IMG/VR virus record: IMGVR_UViG_3300028920_000027
Coordinates: 96,001 to 160,000 of that record
DNA length: 64,000 bases
Reading direction: 5' to 3' (one strand)
Origin: a virus
Below are positions 9,708-19,788 of the stretch, piece by piece. The translations under genes and the position numbers were made by a program. The notes under the pieces were generated by a model. It was not told the DNA's origin. It did no database searches and worked only from the letters and a program-made list of their open reading frames with translations. Numbering within the stretch: the first letter of the stretch is position 1; every line of letters begins with the position of its first letter.

Positions 9708-10579
9708 GACTCCAGGTAACGATCCACAGTTTGATTGGCCAGGGGAAGCCAGCGCTTGAAAAACTCATTAACGGTACCCAAACCCAGGCCCAATTGCTGA
9801 GAAATCTGCCGCTGAGAGTGCCCCTCGACGGCGAGGTTGACCAGCTCACCCAGGACTGACAAGTCCCCTTTGAAAACCCCCGTGCGCCGCGCGTCGGTGC
9901 GGAGGGCTTCCATGAACTTGGACCGCTCCACCCCCGGGAGTCGCAACACAGCTTGCTCCAAAGCTTCAGTATCATCAATCTCGACCTCGATATCACGCAT
10001 TTGACCTTCATCATCGATCAAGCTGGTCTCCCGTTGCTCCTGACGAATCAACGAGCGGAAGGCGTCGATGATCGCGTTTTGGAGGATGACCCGCACGTAC
10101 TTGGCAGCCTCCGCCCGAGAGGCGCCTTCCTTCACCGGGTGAGCTTGGAGCTTGACGAGAGCCTTCCCTACGGCTTCGGCAAATAGGCCGTCAATCGCCT
10201 GGGACGGAATCTTAACCACGCTTATCGCGTACTTGAAGGCCGTTCGGCGAATGGCGTCGGCTTCCTCACGGAAGTAGCGCCCCGAGATGAGCAGCGCAAG
10301 GCGATTGACGGCCCTGTTGAAGGTAGCGCCCTTGGAAAGCCGGTTCTTGTCAATGACCTCCCGAACCTTGTCCGAAAGAGGGGCTAGCTTCATGTCCACG
10401 ACATCGCGCAACAAGAAGTGGGCGGCGACGAAGCGGCTGAACATCTCCCGATCGGAGATGGCTAGCTTCTGGAACACGGCAGCGACCCGCACGGAAAACG
10501 GCTGGCCGTTGAGAATGTGCAGCTGAAGAGATTGGGCCGCTGCGGCGAGGCGGGTCTGCAACATACCAGACCCGCCCAA
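9704..10579 (-). CDS. Sigma70/ECF-like RNA polymerase sigma factor
   Basis: Region-2-like YVRVILQNAIIDAFR and region-4 HTH GHSQRQISQQLGLGLGTV. Confidence 0.6.
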   Translation of the reverse strand: MGGSGMLQTRLAAAAQSLQLHILNGQPFSVRVAAVFQKLAISDREMFSRFVAAHFLLRDVVDMKLAPLSDKVREVIDKNRLSKGATFNRAVNRLALLISGRYFREEADAIRRTAFKYAISVVKIPSQAIDGLFAEAVGKALVKLQAHPVKEGASRAEAAKYVRVILQNAIIDAFRSLIRQEQRETSLIDDEGQMRDIEVEIDDTEALEQAVLRLPGVERSKFMEALRTDARRTGVFKGDLSVLGELVNLAVEGHSQRQISQQLGLGLGTVNEFFKRWLPLANQTVDRYLES

Positions 10580-10587
10580 TAGAAGGA

Positions 10588-11883
10588 CTATGCCTGCTGA
10601 GCGACCCGAACCCGCTGTCGCTGCCGAGTGCGCCGCGCCTTATCAGCCGCTTCCCGAATGCTACAGCACCCGCGCTCGACCTCAACCGAGATGTCGATGA
10701 GCGTGCGCTCGACCGCCGCCCCATCTGAAGCGCCCGAGACACGAGATAACTCAGATGGTGTTCCCAAGGCACGAGCCAGGTCGAACCGATCCTCAAACTC
10801 GACGAGAGGGTCTTCCTCGGTCAAACCAACCTCCCAGGCAGATCCATCCTCCAACGGGCTGAGGGTGTATTCCTTGACAAATCGACGATTCTTCTTGCGG
10901 CACCAATTCGAGAAGATGTTGTGAACTGTATGCTTCAGATACCCCACCAGGGCCTTTTGGTTGGAATCGACGGTTGACCCAGGGCCCAGCCTCCGCACGA
11001 ACTTTTTGAGAACATCAGCGTGGCAGAGACACATCCACATCTCCTGCAACAGGTCCTCTGACTCATCCTTGATCTGGTTGTAGTTGAGCATCCACTTTGC
11101 AAGTAGGCGCCCATACTTCTTGTGGAGGATCGCCATGCTGCGAGGGATCCCCGCAGGCCATGAAGGCACTCCCAAGTGCTCGTGTAGAGCCTCATTGACC
11201 GCCTCCGCGCCATGACGAAGGGTGATACCCTTCTCTTGAACCAGGGTCAGGGCAACGTCACCGTCACCGTCTACCCCCAAAGCCTCGAACAGCTTCCAAT
11301 GGCGCATGACAATACGCTCAGCCACCTCATGCTCAGAGGCGGTCGAGCTGTGGAGGTAGTCCCTGATGGCGGCCTCGACCTTTGTTGAACCATGGCGGAG
11401 GTCAACAAGCTGCCCCCGAATCAGAGCAAGAGCTACCTTGGTGGCATCAGGAACCAACTCAAACAGCTCCAGGTGGTGCTCGACAAGTATCTCGGCCCTT
11501 ACCTCGTCAGGAGTCTTGTAACCCAACCCGAGGTACTGGCAAACCGCCTTCTTGATCGTCTCCGCACCATGGCGAAGATCGACACCACGCTGAGCCAAGA
11601 CGAGTGCCACCTTGTAGCGCGCAAGAGCCTCCACCCCCAGAAGCTCGAACACAGCACGATGCTTCACAACGAGGGCTTCGGCCCTCATCTGCATCTTCCA
11701 GCTGGCCGCCATATGGGCACGAAGGATCCTGCTGACAGTGGCTGACCCGTGGCGAAGATCGACCTTCTTGGCCTGAACCAGCTCTAAAGCCACTCGTGCC
11801 GGATCATCTACCTTCATTTCCAAAAATAGACGCCAATGGCGTTGAAGTAAATGACCCGCAGTGTCCTCTTGCTTTTTACCCAT
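10588..11883 (-). CDS. Sigma region-2-like domain fused to four N-terminal ~58-aa (D/T)LRHG repeats
   Basis: Four aligned repeats, then KYGRLLAKW...SEDLLQEMWMCL...GYLKHTVHNIFSNWCRK. Confidence 0.55.
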   Translation of the reverse strand: MGKKQEDTAGHLLQRHWRLFLEMKVDDPARVALELVQAKKVDLRHGSATVSRILRAHMAASWKMQMRAEALVVKHRAVFELLGVEALARYKVALVLAQRGVDLRHGAETIKKAVCQYLGLGYKTPDEVRAEILVEHHLELFELVPDATKVALALIRGQLVDLRHGSTKVEAAIRDYLHSSTASEHEVAERIVMRHWKLFEALGVDGDGDVALTLVQEKGITLRHGAEAVNEALHEHLGVPSWPAGIPRSMAILHKKYGRLLAKWMLNYNQIKDESEDLLQEMWMCLCHADVLKKFVRRLGPGSTVDSNQKALVGYLKHTVHNIFSNWCRKKNRRFVKEYTLSPLEDGSAWEVGLTEEDPLVEFEDRFDLARALGTPSELSRVSGASDGAAVERTLIDISVEVERGCCSIREAADKARRTRQRQRVRVAQQA

Positions 11884-11952
11884 ATACCCCCCTACATCGT
11901 GAGGTCGTAAAACGTTCAGATCTATAACGGCCCGTCAAGAGCACCCGCTCAG

Positions 11953-12513
11953 GTGTATACTCTGGTTAAACTGGACCTGATGGATTCTGCCATACATGAA
12001 GCTCAAACCATCGCTCGGGCAATGAAGCTCGTGGTGTTGGCCGGTGAGAGCAGCCTGGCGCCGGAAGATGCCAGGAATGCTGTGCGTGAGGCAGCTCCCT
12101 ACCTGGAAGGGTTGAGTCGTACAGCGGCCGCTATCGTGCTTGGAGAGCTCGGCGCCGAGCTCCCGGTGCTCCCTCGCAGGACCGCAGGCGAGCGCCTGCT
12201 CGATACCATCGCCCACGTTTGGTGGGGTTGGATTAACCAACGCCATCGAGAAGTTTCGTGGCGGGCTCATGCCGCTCAAGGGCTTGCTCTCGCCCTGGAT
12301 GAAGCCAAGAAGGAGGGTGAGGGATTGATTCAAGTGATGACCCTCCGTCTCGTTGCCGAAGCATTAGGACACCTGCTCCAGAACGAGCTAGACCTGGGTA
12401 AGCGGCGATGGCAACAAGCCTTGGAGCTTGGTGCCCACCATGGCATCGAGTCGCAGCTCGACCTGAACTGGATGTTCGCAGCGACCCTCATTATGGCTCG
12501 ACAAACTGGTTGA
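11953..12513 (+). CDS. Hypothetical all-helical (TPR-like) protein
   Basis: Ala/Leu-rich helical pattern; start uncertain. Confidence 0.5.
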   Translation: MYTLVKLDLMDSAIHEAQTIARAMKLVVLAGESSLAPEDARNAVREAAPYLEGLSRTAAAIVLGELGAELPVLPRRTAGERLLDTIAHVWWGWINQRHREVSWRAHAAQGLALALDEAKKEGEGLIQVMTLRLVAEALGHLLQNELDLGKRRWQQALELGAHHGIESQLDLNWMFAATLIMARQTG

Positions 12514-13361
12514 TAGCTCCCCCTTCCTCTGTGGAGAGGTCAGAGTGCTGTTCCCTAAAAAATGACTGTGGTGTCGCTGAGAGGTTCTCCTCAACGCCCC
12601 GAAGGTCCTGCCTCTTCCGAGGCTTCATGGTACCGCCTTCCGAACCTTGAACAGTCCCAGCTCTTTCCCACAGGCTACCGTACTCATCCTGCTCTCTCCA
12701 GTTCCTTCTCCAAGAGCTAGGTCAAACTATGACCAACTTCCTTCTTTGGCTTGATGACCTTGGCAAAAAGCAGTCCCCGTTGTTCTGCCTTTCCTGAGAG
12801 GCTCTGGAGCCTCCCGAAGCTCCAAGAGGAGCCACTTCGACCCTGACGGGTTCCGGGAATGATGTCGTTCTCAACCCTGTTCCTTGCGATCACGCTAGAG
12901 CTTTCACCCTTGCTGTCGTTTCTGGAGGAGTCGTGAAGAGGACACCTTGCTGCTGCATCTTCGATGCTCGCAACATTGCTACCTTCTAGGTTGCTGCTGG
13001 CATTTACGGATAGGACTTCAGATACGTATTTGGTGTGTGTATTTAGGATCTTAGAGATGATCCTACCGATCACACCAAGTCCCCGAAGCCGGGATTGGCT
13101 GGGGGTACTGCTCCTACTTGTCTCGTGCTGAATCACTCTGAAAAATTCCCTCAGGGATCAGTTCCCGAAGTGCCTCTTGGGTTCATCGGAAGAGACTGCT
13201 CGATTGCTCCTACCAGTGGTCTTCTTGGTTTGGGTCCGAAGACTCAGGGGGAGACTATCAACCCCCTTGGACGCTTCGTTCGATAAGCGTCCCTCCTTGG
13301 TACGGCTCGCGAAGGGACCTGTCCAGGAAAATCGTCAAGGCTTCCCCGACGGGATCGGGAA

Positions 13362-13751
13362 GTGATTAGAATCACGAACAAAGGGGGTCGATGTTCGGCC
13401 AGTCAACTGGTACGCTTTGGCTTCATGGGGTTGATGGTGCCGATGAGTGTGGTGGAGCTGAGCGACGTGACAGGAAGGCCCAAAGTCCTTCAGGAGCTAC
13501 CTCAGCTCCGGGTAGGTGACCCAGTGGCTCTTCGCTTCAAGCTGAAGCGCACGAACGATTCTGGGCGAGACGAGGAGCTGATGGTGGATCACCGCTTCCG
13601 GGTCGAGGCCGTTGGCTACGACGCCTCAGGGCCCCACAGGCAGCTCCTCGTGGTCTCGATGGCCTCTGGGAAGGCTCCCACCTGGAGGAGCGTGAAACGG
13701 TCTCCTGGACGCCGTCTCGGGCCAGCACGGCATCCCCGAACGAGCATTTAG
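13362..13751 (+). CDS. Hypothetical protein
   Basis: Open ORF; true start probably internal (MSVVELSDV). Confidence 0.5.
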   Translation: MIRITNKGGRCSASQLVRFGFMGLMVPMSVVELSDVTGRPKVLQELPQLRVGDPVALRFKLKRTNDSGRDEELMVDHRFRVEAVGYDASGPHRQLLVVSMASGKAPTWRSVKRSPGRRLGPARHPRTSI

Positions 13752-13866
13752 GCTTCCCAAAGCGGGAACTCGGACTTCTCGGTGTAGAGTGGGGCATGGC
13801 GACTCTGCTCATAGCCAACCACGCCTTCACCACGATCCAGGGGCCGCTCACGGACGTAAAGCACGG

Positions 13867-14565
13867 TCAATACTCGTCATCGTCGCGCTTCATGCGCTTC
13901 AGCTCTTGCTCGAACCAACACAGCTGGTTGACAGAGTGAACATGCTTGGCCCAGCGCGCTCGGAGCCGCCGCATTTCAGCCAAGTTGTCTGTCGTGCGGT
14001 CGGTCCAGATGTCCCACAGGGCCACGTCCCACCGTGCCTTCTTCGGGGGCTTGTACTCAAACACGTCCGCGGTGATGACCTTGAGCTTGTCGGCCGCCAC
14101 CGGACTGATGTTTTCGTCAACCCACGTCCGGAGCGGGAACTCGACCAACATTCGCACCGCCGGATGCTTCTCTAGGACGGTCACTTCTGTCACTCGGTCA
14201 AGTGATAAGATGGGGGGTAGGATCATACCCAACCCCAGACCACCGATGATGGCACGTCCACGCGCTTCATCAACGAAGTAAGCACATGTCTCGCGCTCCA
14301 TCCAGGTATCACTCATCACGACGTCACACCCTTGGTGGACCAGACGAGCATACTTCCCAGGAGGGACAGCCCCCCATTCATCTCGAGCAAAGAGCGCCTT
14401 GGTAGCCGTCTTCTCTGACTCTTTTGTGTCGATCTCGAAGTGCTCGACGGCCCAACCGTCAATTTGGCCTTCGGGGACTATTTCACGAACGGAAGGGAAG
14501 TTAGCCCCTTTGAATACACGTCTCATGACTTCTCGGTACAGGTAGTCGTTGCCAGCTGGCGGCAC
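13867..14565 (-). CDS. Class I SAM-dependent methyltransferase, spermidine-synthase-like
   Basis: VMSDTWME...IIGGLGLG...VTVLEK...ITADVFEY...DVALWDIW. Confidence 0.75.
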   Translation of the reverse strand: MPPAGNDYLYREVMRRVFKGANFPSVREIVPEGQIDGWAVEHFEIDTKESEKTATKALFARDEWGAVPPGKYARLVHQGCDVVMSDTWMERETCAYFVDEARGRAIIGGLGLGMILPPILSLDRVTEVTVLEKHPAVRMLVEFPLRTWVDENISPVAADKLKVITADVFEYKPPKKARWDVALWDIWTDRTTDNLAEMRRLRARWAKHVHSVNQLCWFEQELKRMKRDDDEY

Positions 14566-14568
14566 AAG

Positions 14569-14874
14569 TCAACGTCTCGGATCCCACTTCTTGAAGGTGA
14601 TTCCCTTCCGAATCGTGTCGAGCGCCTCATCGAGAACATCCTTCGGAACTTCGGGCTCCTCCTGGAGACGGCAATGATCCTGCCGTGCGTAGGTTTGTAC
14701 GACATCCTTCTCGGCAATGCGCCCCCGCTTGTTTGCAGCCCGCTCATACCGAACGTAGCCTTCAAGGTAAATGGCGGCGACTCCCCCTCTTTCCAGGAAG
14801 ATAAACCTCCACACTTGGCGAACCCTTGTCTCTCCGGGAGTGGAGGTGTCTCGTTGGACTTTGAATAGTTGCAT
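14569..14874 (-). CDS. Hypothetical protein, probable paralogue of 18609-18908
   Basis: W.F...L..Y...R...VP..V..EA pattern shared with 18609-18908. Confidence 0.5.
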   Translation of the reverse strand: MQLFKVQRDTSTPGETRVRQVWRFIFLERGGVAAIYLEGYVRYERAANKRGRIAEKDVVQTYARQDHCRLQEEPEVPKDVLDEALDTIRKGITFKKWDPRR

Positions 14875-14952
14875 GATCCCACTTACGAAGGCAGTTCCCA
14901 GAACGTTCGGTAAACCGACCAACCTGGTGTAAAGTAGGCCACCAAGCCAGGG

Positions 14953-16074
14953 ATGCCAGAGACTATCATCCGCTATGGGGACCTTGCCCAGCTCAGTAGG
15001 CATTACGATTTGCTGTCGAGGTGTGCCCTTGTCCGGTACGTCGAGATTCAAGACGTCGCCGATCGAGATATCCTTGCCCTGAGGATTGTGTACCGGGCCT
15101 GTGCTGAGGTGCGGGTGGAGTTGGACCACTTCGCCCAAGAAGCCAGTGGCACTATCACCCGTCTCACACGCGAACGGATCACCATGAGTATCCTTCAAAC
15201 CCAGGAAGGGCGGTCCCGCCTGGCGAGCCTGGCGGAATCATTTCGACAACAATTGGACTACGCGGGGATAGCCCGCCGTGCCCTTGTTGTCGACCCTTTG
15301 CCTGAAGGCGCGGTCCCCGTCTTCGAAGGTGATCTTGATGTTGCTCAACATGTTCTGGCAGAAGAGCACGTCTATGCCTACACCGAAGCTGAGCACGTGA
15401 ACCGTCCAGCTCCTCACCGCAACACGTTGGGCAAGTATGCCGACCTCATCACGACCGTCTTCGCGCCCGATGATCGCAACCTCTTACCCAGGAACCCCTT
15501 CGACTGGGGTTGGTGGGAAGGTGGTTGGTGGGGCGATGACGTTCACCCAGCAGGGTATTGGGTCTACTCAGATCCCTGGTGGTATCTGTGGCGCCGACAG
15601 ATTCAACAATCCGTTCTGACAGACCGAAGGATGGACAAGAGCATTCGACAAGTCACGGTGCCAATGTTCGAGATCGAATCGAGCCCCACTATAGCCATTG
15701 CGGATGTTCGAGAGCACCGCTTCAACCTCATTGAACGGCCTCAGTCGCTGACTCAGTCGCTGACTCAAACCGAGGTGGTGGGTAGGGGGGGCTACTCCAA
15801 GTCTATGGACCAGTGGCGCCCCAAGGACCGTCACTTGAAGCACTTCATGCCCATGGACCAGGAATGGCCCGAATGGGTCCAGCCAGGAGCCCATGTGCGC
15901 TCAACCTGCCCTGGTATGGGAGTGGCCACGGTCGTCGAGGTTCATAACCTCTACCTCACCCTCAACTGGAAAGGGTCCACCCAGCGGTGGTCTAAACATA
16001 CCGGGTGGTTCCACGACCACTGGCAGTATGAGGAGGCACCCCCAACCCTTTGGGAGCGTCTCAGCGCGGCTTGA
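14953..16074 (+). CDS. Mosaic protein with capsid-protein-like N-terminal segments and C-terminal TLWERL
   Basis: QTQEGRSRLA...LDYAGIARRALVVDPLPEGAVPVFEGD and VTVPMFEIESSPTI...RFNLIER recall large-phage major capsid N-terminal segments (from memory, unverified). Confidence 0.45.
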   Translation: MPETIIRYGDLAQLSRHYDLLSRCALVRYVEIQDVADRDILALRIVYRACAEVRVELDHFAQEASGTITRLTRERITMSILQTQEGRSRLASLAESFRQQLDYAGIARRALVVDPLPEGAVPVFEGDLDVAQHVLAEEHVYAYTEAEHVNRPAPHRNTLGKYADLITTVFAPDDRNLLPRNPFDWGWWEGGWWGDDVHPAGYWVYSDPWWYLWRRQIQQSVLTDRRMDKSIRQVTVPMFEIESSPTIAIADVREHRFNLIERPQSLTQSLTQTEVVGRGGYSKSMDQWRPKDRHLKHFMPMDQEWPEWVQPGAHVRSTCPGMGVATVVEVHNLYLTLNWKGSTQRWSKHTGWFHDHWQYEEAPPTLWERLSAA

Positions 16075-16372
16075 CCGTGGTCACACGACGGGCGTTGTAG
16101 GGAGTTGCCGTGACCGTCGTGGTGTTCATGGTGTCCCAAGCCCACGCATAGATGGTGCTTCCAGAGGTGTTCGTTGTGGCCGTGGGGTAGCCCTGGTGGC
16201 GGAACCGGATGGCTACTGGTATTGGGAAAGGGCCCACCGAGTAGGTGACGACTTGCTGAACCTGAGGGCGAGGTCGAAGCTTCAGCTCTTGGAGCTTGGA
16301 GGAGGGGCATCGACCGTAAGCCGCAGACGACCTGAGGGGTGAACCCCAGCTCGTCCAGAACTTGCTGTTGGG

Positions 16373-17047
16373 TCAGAGGCATCGTGCTCGATAGCGCGTG
16401 GCTACCTTCTTGGCGGTTTCGGCAGGCAGCTTCCAAATCTTGAAGAGACCCATCGTCTTGTCCTGTTTGCGACCCTTGGGGACGGGCTCGATGGTTACCG
16501 TGGGATTGCCCTTGGCATCGGCCCCGAACTCCTTGATCTTGCCCTTCTTGTTCTTGTACTTCCCATACAGGATGATGTCACCCACGTTGAATGAATATGC
16601 CTTCTTGTAGAACTTGTGAGTGAACTCCCCGCAGCCAGGGCCGAGATCCTTGCGCGGATGCTTCTTTCCTTCGTTGTCGACCTCGAAGACCATTCCCCCG
16701 TGGTAGACAAATTCCCCGGGTTTGAAGCCCTCCCCCTTGGCATCACCCTTCCCTTCATTCTTGGCAGCCAGGCGAGAAGGGCCACCCTGTTGCTTGTACT
16801 CTCGCAGCACGTCGCTGATGAACCGCGGCCACTTAGGCTCGGTCTCATCTTCCCAGTCCAGGATGCGCTGAAGCGCCTCCGTGAAGTAGGTACCGCCCTT
16901 GTGCATCCCTTGGGTGTAGCGGTCATCGAAGTCGTCAGCCAACGTGTTCGATACACCCTTTCGAGTCGGCTCAGTCTCCCACTTGCGGCAAATGCTCACC
17001 GCATGGCTGATTAGAGACTTGCGGTCGGGGAAGAGGGGGTTCGCCAC
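16373..17047 (-). CDS. Hypothetical protein with SH3/KOW-like C-terminal domain ending KVATRY
   Basis: FNVGDIILYGKYKNKKGKIKEFG; Lys-rich. Confidence 0.55.
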   Translation of the reverse strand: MANPLFPDRKSLISHAVSICRKWETEPTRKGVSNTLADDFDDRYTQGMHKGGTYFTEALQRILDWEDETEPKWPRFISDVLREYKQQGGPSRLAAKNEGKGDAKGEGFKPGEFVYHGGMVFEVDNEGKKHPRKDLGPGCGEFTHKFYKKAYSFNVGDIILYGKYKNKKGKIKEFGADAKGNPTVTIEPVPKGRKQDKTMGLFKIWKLPAETAKKVATRYRARCL

Positions 17048-17057
17048 AAGGTTCCTT

Positions 17058-17888
17058 TCAGCGGAAAGAGGTGCCCAAGGTCGGTACCCAGAAGTCTGTC
17101 GATTGTTTCCAGCTCAGGTACTCAGGCGCCATGACACAGAAGCCGTCTTCGCCCCAGCCGGGGCCCCACGAGTTCTTGATGAGAAAGCCATCAGGCACGT
17201 AGCCGATGATCATCATTGCGTGACCACCCGCGAACACATTCCCCTTGGGGCGCGGTACAGGGCCTCGCGATCGGAGCTTCATGAACTCCTTGGTCACCTG
17301 CGTACCGAAGACCACCGGGTGGTGCGACCGAAGTGCGTCGATAATCAGGTCGAGCCGGGTGTTGCCGGTTGAGGTGATGCGGTAATAGCTGTGGATGCGG
17401 TGGCCCGTGGCCTCGCGCATTGCTTTCAAGGAAGGCAGGCGGTAAAGCCGCCTCAGGTCGTAGGGCCAGATCTCCTCGGTGCAGATGCCAAACCGCTGGA
17501 GCACACAGAAGGCCAGACGAACCCATGTCCCCTCGTCGTGGTCGATGTCCCCCTTACCGTCTCTGTCGAGGTCTTGAAGGGCCCGACACATCGAGTAGAC
17601 GAAGAGGCGACTCAGCTCGACGCGCGGGCGTCCCTCGATGGCATTGACGACTTCAACGGCATCCGCTGTGGCATTGCCGACACACGAGCTGGCTCGCAGC
17701 TGGTTGGTGTCGGTCGTGAAATCGCTCAAATCGACGTAGGTGCTGTTACCCGCTCGGGTCTTGAGCAAAGCGTTGTTGAACTTGCGGTCGGGCTTTTCCC
17801 CACGTAGCTTGGGCGGGTCGGGTACGTAGCCAAATCGTTTGCCAAGTTTGCGGGCGCTGAAGTTTGGGTGCTGGGTGAGTTGTGACAT
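17058..17888 (-). CDS. Papain-like (C1A) cysteine peptidase
   Basis: QLRASSCVGNA (catalytic Cys), GGHAMMIIGY (His), FLIKNSWGPGWGEDG (Asn). Confidence 0.9.
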   Translation of the reverse strand: MSQLTQHPNFSARKLGKRFGYVPDPPKLRGEKPDRKFNNALLKTRAGNSTYVDLSDFTTDTNQLRASSCVGNATADAVEVVNAIEGRPRVELSRLFVYSMCRALQDLDRDGKGDIDHDEGTWVRLAFCVLQRFGICTEEIWPYDLRRLYRLPSLKAMREATGHRIHSYYRITSTGNTRLDLIIDALRSHHPVVFGTQVTKEFMKLRSRGPVPRPKGNVFAGGHAMMIIGYVPDGFLIKNSWGPGWGEDGFCVMAPEYLSWKQSTDFWVPTLGTSFR

Positions 17889-17944
17889 GGTCCCTCCAGG
17901 AACCCCGGCCCACAAGAAGATTCTTTCGATGCCCCCCTACCAAC

Positions 17945-18301
17945 ATGACCCCAACCATTCGCTTCGTGCCGCTACTCGTCGTGCCGCTGCTACTCACGGC
18001 GTGCCCGAAGACTGATCCCACCAAACCTCCAGTGCCGCCGCCGCTCGATCCGACAGGTACCGAGTTCTGTGCCGAGATGTGCAAGCGCATCGGGCCCGCG
18101 GGTCTCAAGTGTGAAGAGGGCGAGGACGTCTACAACTCCGACCTAGAAGGCGAAGAGGGCGTGCCTAACCAGAGCTGCACTGACTGGTGTGAAGAGCAAC
18201 AGGAACGCGGTTTCTACATCAACCCCAAGTGTGTCCGACTTGTCGAGTCCTGCAAGGAAATCGAGGACGCTCGTCAAAAGGACGAAGCCGAGTGCCCCTG
18301 A
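17945..18301 (+). CDS. Cys-rich lipoprotein
   Basis: Signal peptide with lipobox LLLTAC, Pro-rich linker, eight further Cys. Confidence 0.7.
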   Translation: MTPTIRFVPLLVVPLLLTACPKTDPTKPPVPPPLDPTGTEFCAEMCKRIGPAGLKCEEGEDVYNSDLEGEEGVPNQSCTDWCEEQQERGFYINPKCVRLVESCKEIEDARQKDEAECP

Positions 18302-18320
18302 TCCCGGTGTATCACTGGAC

Positions 18321-18596
18321 ATGGCAAGCTATGGCAAGTACCGTGAAGAGGGCTCCATCATTCTCGTCGAGATCCTGTCAGACAAGACCAACGACAATGG
18401 TCGAGAGGTCGAACTCAAGTGTCTCCAGGTCATTCGGCCCGTGAGAGGCGGGGTGCCACTCCCCAACCCTGACCCCATCGTCGGACAGGTGTGGAGCGTT
18501 TGGGCAGGTCCTGGGTCCGGACCCTATTGTGGGTGGAGCCTGGAAGTTCTCGAAGCTGGCGCCCCCGAATTAAAAGGTCTACCCAAGGCCGGCTAG
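18321..18596 (+). CDS. Hypothetical protein
   Basis: ATG 5 nt after GGTG-TATCAC. Confidence 0.55.
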   Translation: MASYGKYREEGSIILVEILSDKTNDNGREVELKCLQVIRPVRGGVPLPNPDPIVGQVWSVWAGPGSGPYCGWSLEVLEAGAPELKGLPKAG

Positions 18597-18608
18597 ACTG
18601 AAGTTATA

Positions 18609-18908
18609 GTGCTCAACTCCACCCGCCCCATCATGATCGTCCACGAAGGGCAGAACCGACTCACCCGTCACCGATGGGTGTTCGAGCTGGAAAGCAGCCG
18701 ACTCGTGTTAGTGCGCTACCACTACGAGATCCGGCGCAAGATCGAGAGTCCCTGGGGTCTACGCAAGTTCTACGAAGCCAACCCCACGGGAGCCTACGGG
18801 GACTGGGAGTGGCTCAAGATCGACGACGTGCCTTGGCCCTCCGAATTGGAGCAAGAAGCCAAGGAGAAAATCTTGGAGGGGCTGGTCGTTTTACGACAAG
18901 TCGCTTGA
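18609..18908 (+). CDS. Hypothetical protein, probable paralogue of 14569-14874
   Basis: Shared residue pattern. Confidence 0.55.
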   Translation: MLNSTRPIMIVHEGQNRLTRHRWVFELESSRLVLVRYHYEIRRKIESPWGLRKFYEANPTGAYGDWEWLKIDDVPWPSELEQEAKEKILEGLVVLRQVA

Positions 18909-18990
18909 CGCTTGACGGTGTAGAGTGAAGAGAGCCCGCCGCCCCGATGCACTCCCCCCTCGGTGCACGGCAAGAGCGGCGGTGCTCATC

Positions 18991-19539
18991 TTACTGCCAG
19001 GCTACCTCGACACAGACTTCGAGGGGCTCGGGCTGGGGTAGTGACTTACCTGAAATGCGGCTCAGCATTTGCACAAACTGCGGGTTTGACAGCGGCTTGT
19101 AGCCATCCTCACCCCAGCGTCTTGTGCGGCGAATCAGCTCGATGGCGGCCCGCCCCGATAACCCTTTGTGCATGATGAGCGTAACGGCCGTCACGAGGCC
19201 ACTGCGGTTCATTCCCGCCGCGCAGGTGACCATGACTCTCTTCCCCTCCGAAAGCGCGTTAGCGGCCCGCCTGGCGGCCCCCACGACCCAATGGAGCCCT
19301 TGGCGATCGAGGGGCTTCTCCCCGGGCAGGTCATCAATGGGAGCCCGCACGACTTCAACATCGGGATAATAGACGCTTGCCGGCTGAATCTCACGCGCCG
19401 CCAGGATCAGCATGTCTATGCCCAACTCACTCAGGGCAGTGCCATAGGGAGGCTTGCTTCCCTGATAGAGGCCAGGGATGATCTTGTCGTAGGTCCAGGG
19501 GTGATCCGCGATGATGAGCACGCCTCTGATGGCCCACAA
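18991..19539 (-). CDS. Dual-specificity protein phosphatase
   Basis: APIDD general-acid loop and VTCAAGMNRSG (CX5R). Confidence 0.88.
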   Translation of the reverse strand: MWAIRGVLIIADHPWTYDKIIPGLYQGSKPPYGTALSELGIDMLILAAREIQPASVYYPDVEVVRAPIDDLPGEKPLDRQGLHWVVGAARRAANALSEGKRVMVTCAAGMNRSGLVTAVTLIMHKGLSGRAAIELIRRTRRWGEDGYKPLSNPQFVQMLSRISGKSLPQPEPLEVCVEVAWQ

Positions 19540-19616
19540 GAAGAATCACTAGTACCGGAGTACCAGAAGTAGCCACGCCCCCCGCGGGGACCATACCCAC
19601 CTTTGAACCAGACATC

Positions 19617-19757
19617 CTAACTGCGAGTCAGTTCACCAATCACGTGCGAAATCTCCAGGCCCGTCATATCGCCTTTGAGCCTCTTCCGAAGCACGGCTAT
19701 CGGGATGCCAGGGTTGTCACGAATGACCTCGTAGACCGCTCGCTGGTGAAGGTTCAT
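19617..19757 (-). CDS. Small winged-helix-like protein
   Basis: QRAVYEVIRDNPGIPIAVLRKRL. Confidence 0.45.
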   Translation of the reverse strand: MNLHQRAVYEVIRDNPGIPIAVLRKRLKGDMTGLEISHVIGELTRS

Positions 19758-19788
19758 GCGGCTTCGTCCCAATCGTAGCGAATCTTTT

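Noticed and set aside
6001-9719. Long antisense ORFs such as 8022-9719 (565 aa) and 6152-7096
   Set aside because: Shadow frames of motif-bearing minus-strand genes, common in GC-rich DNA.
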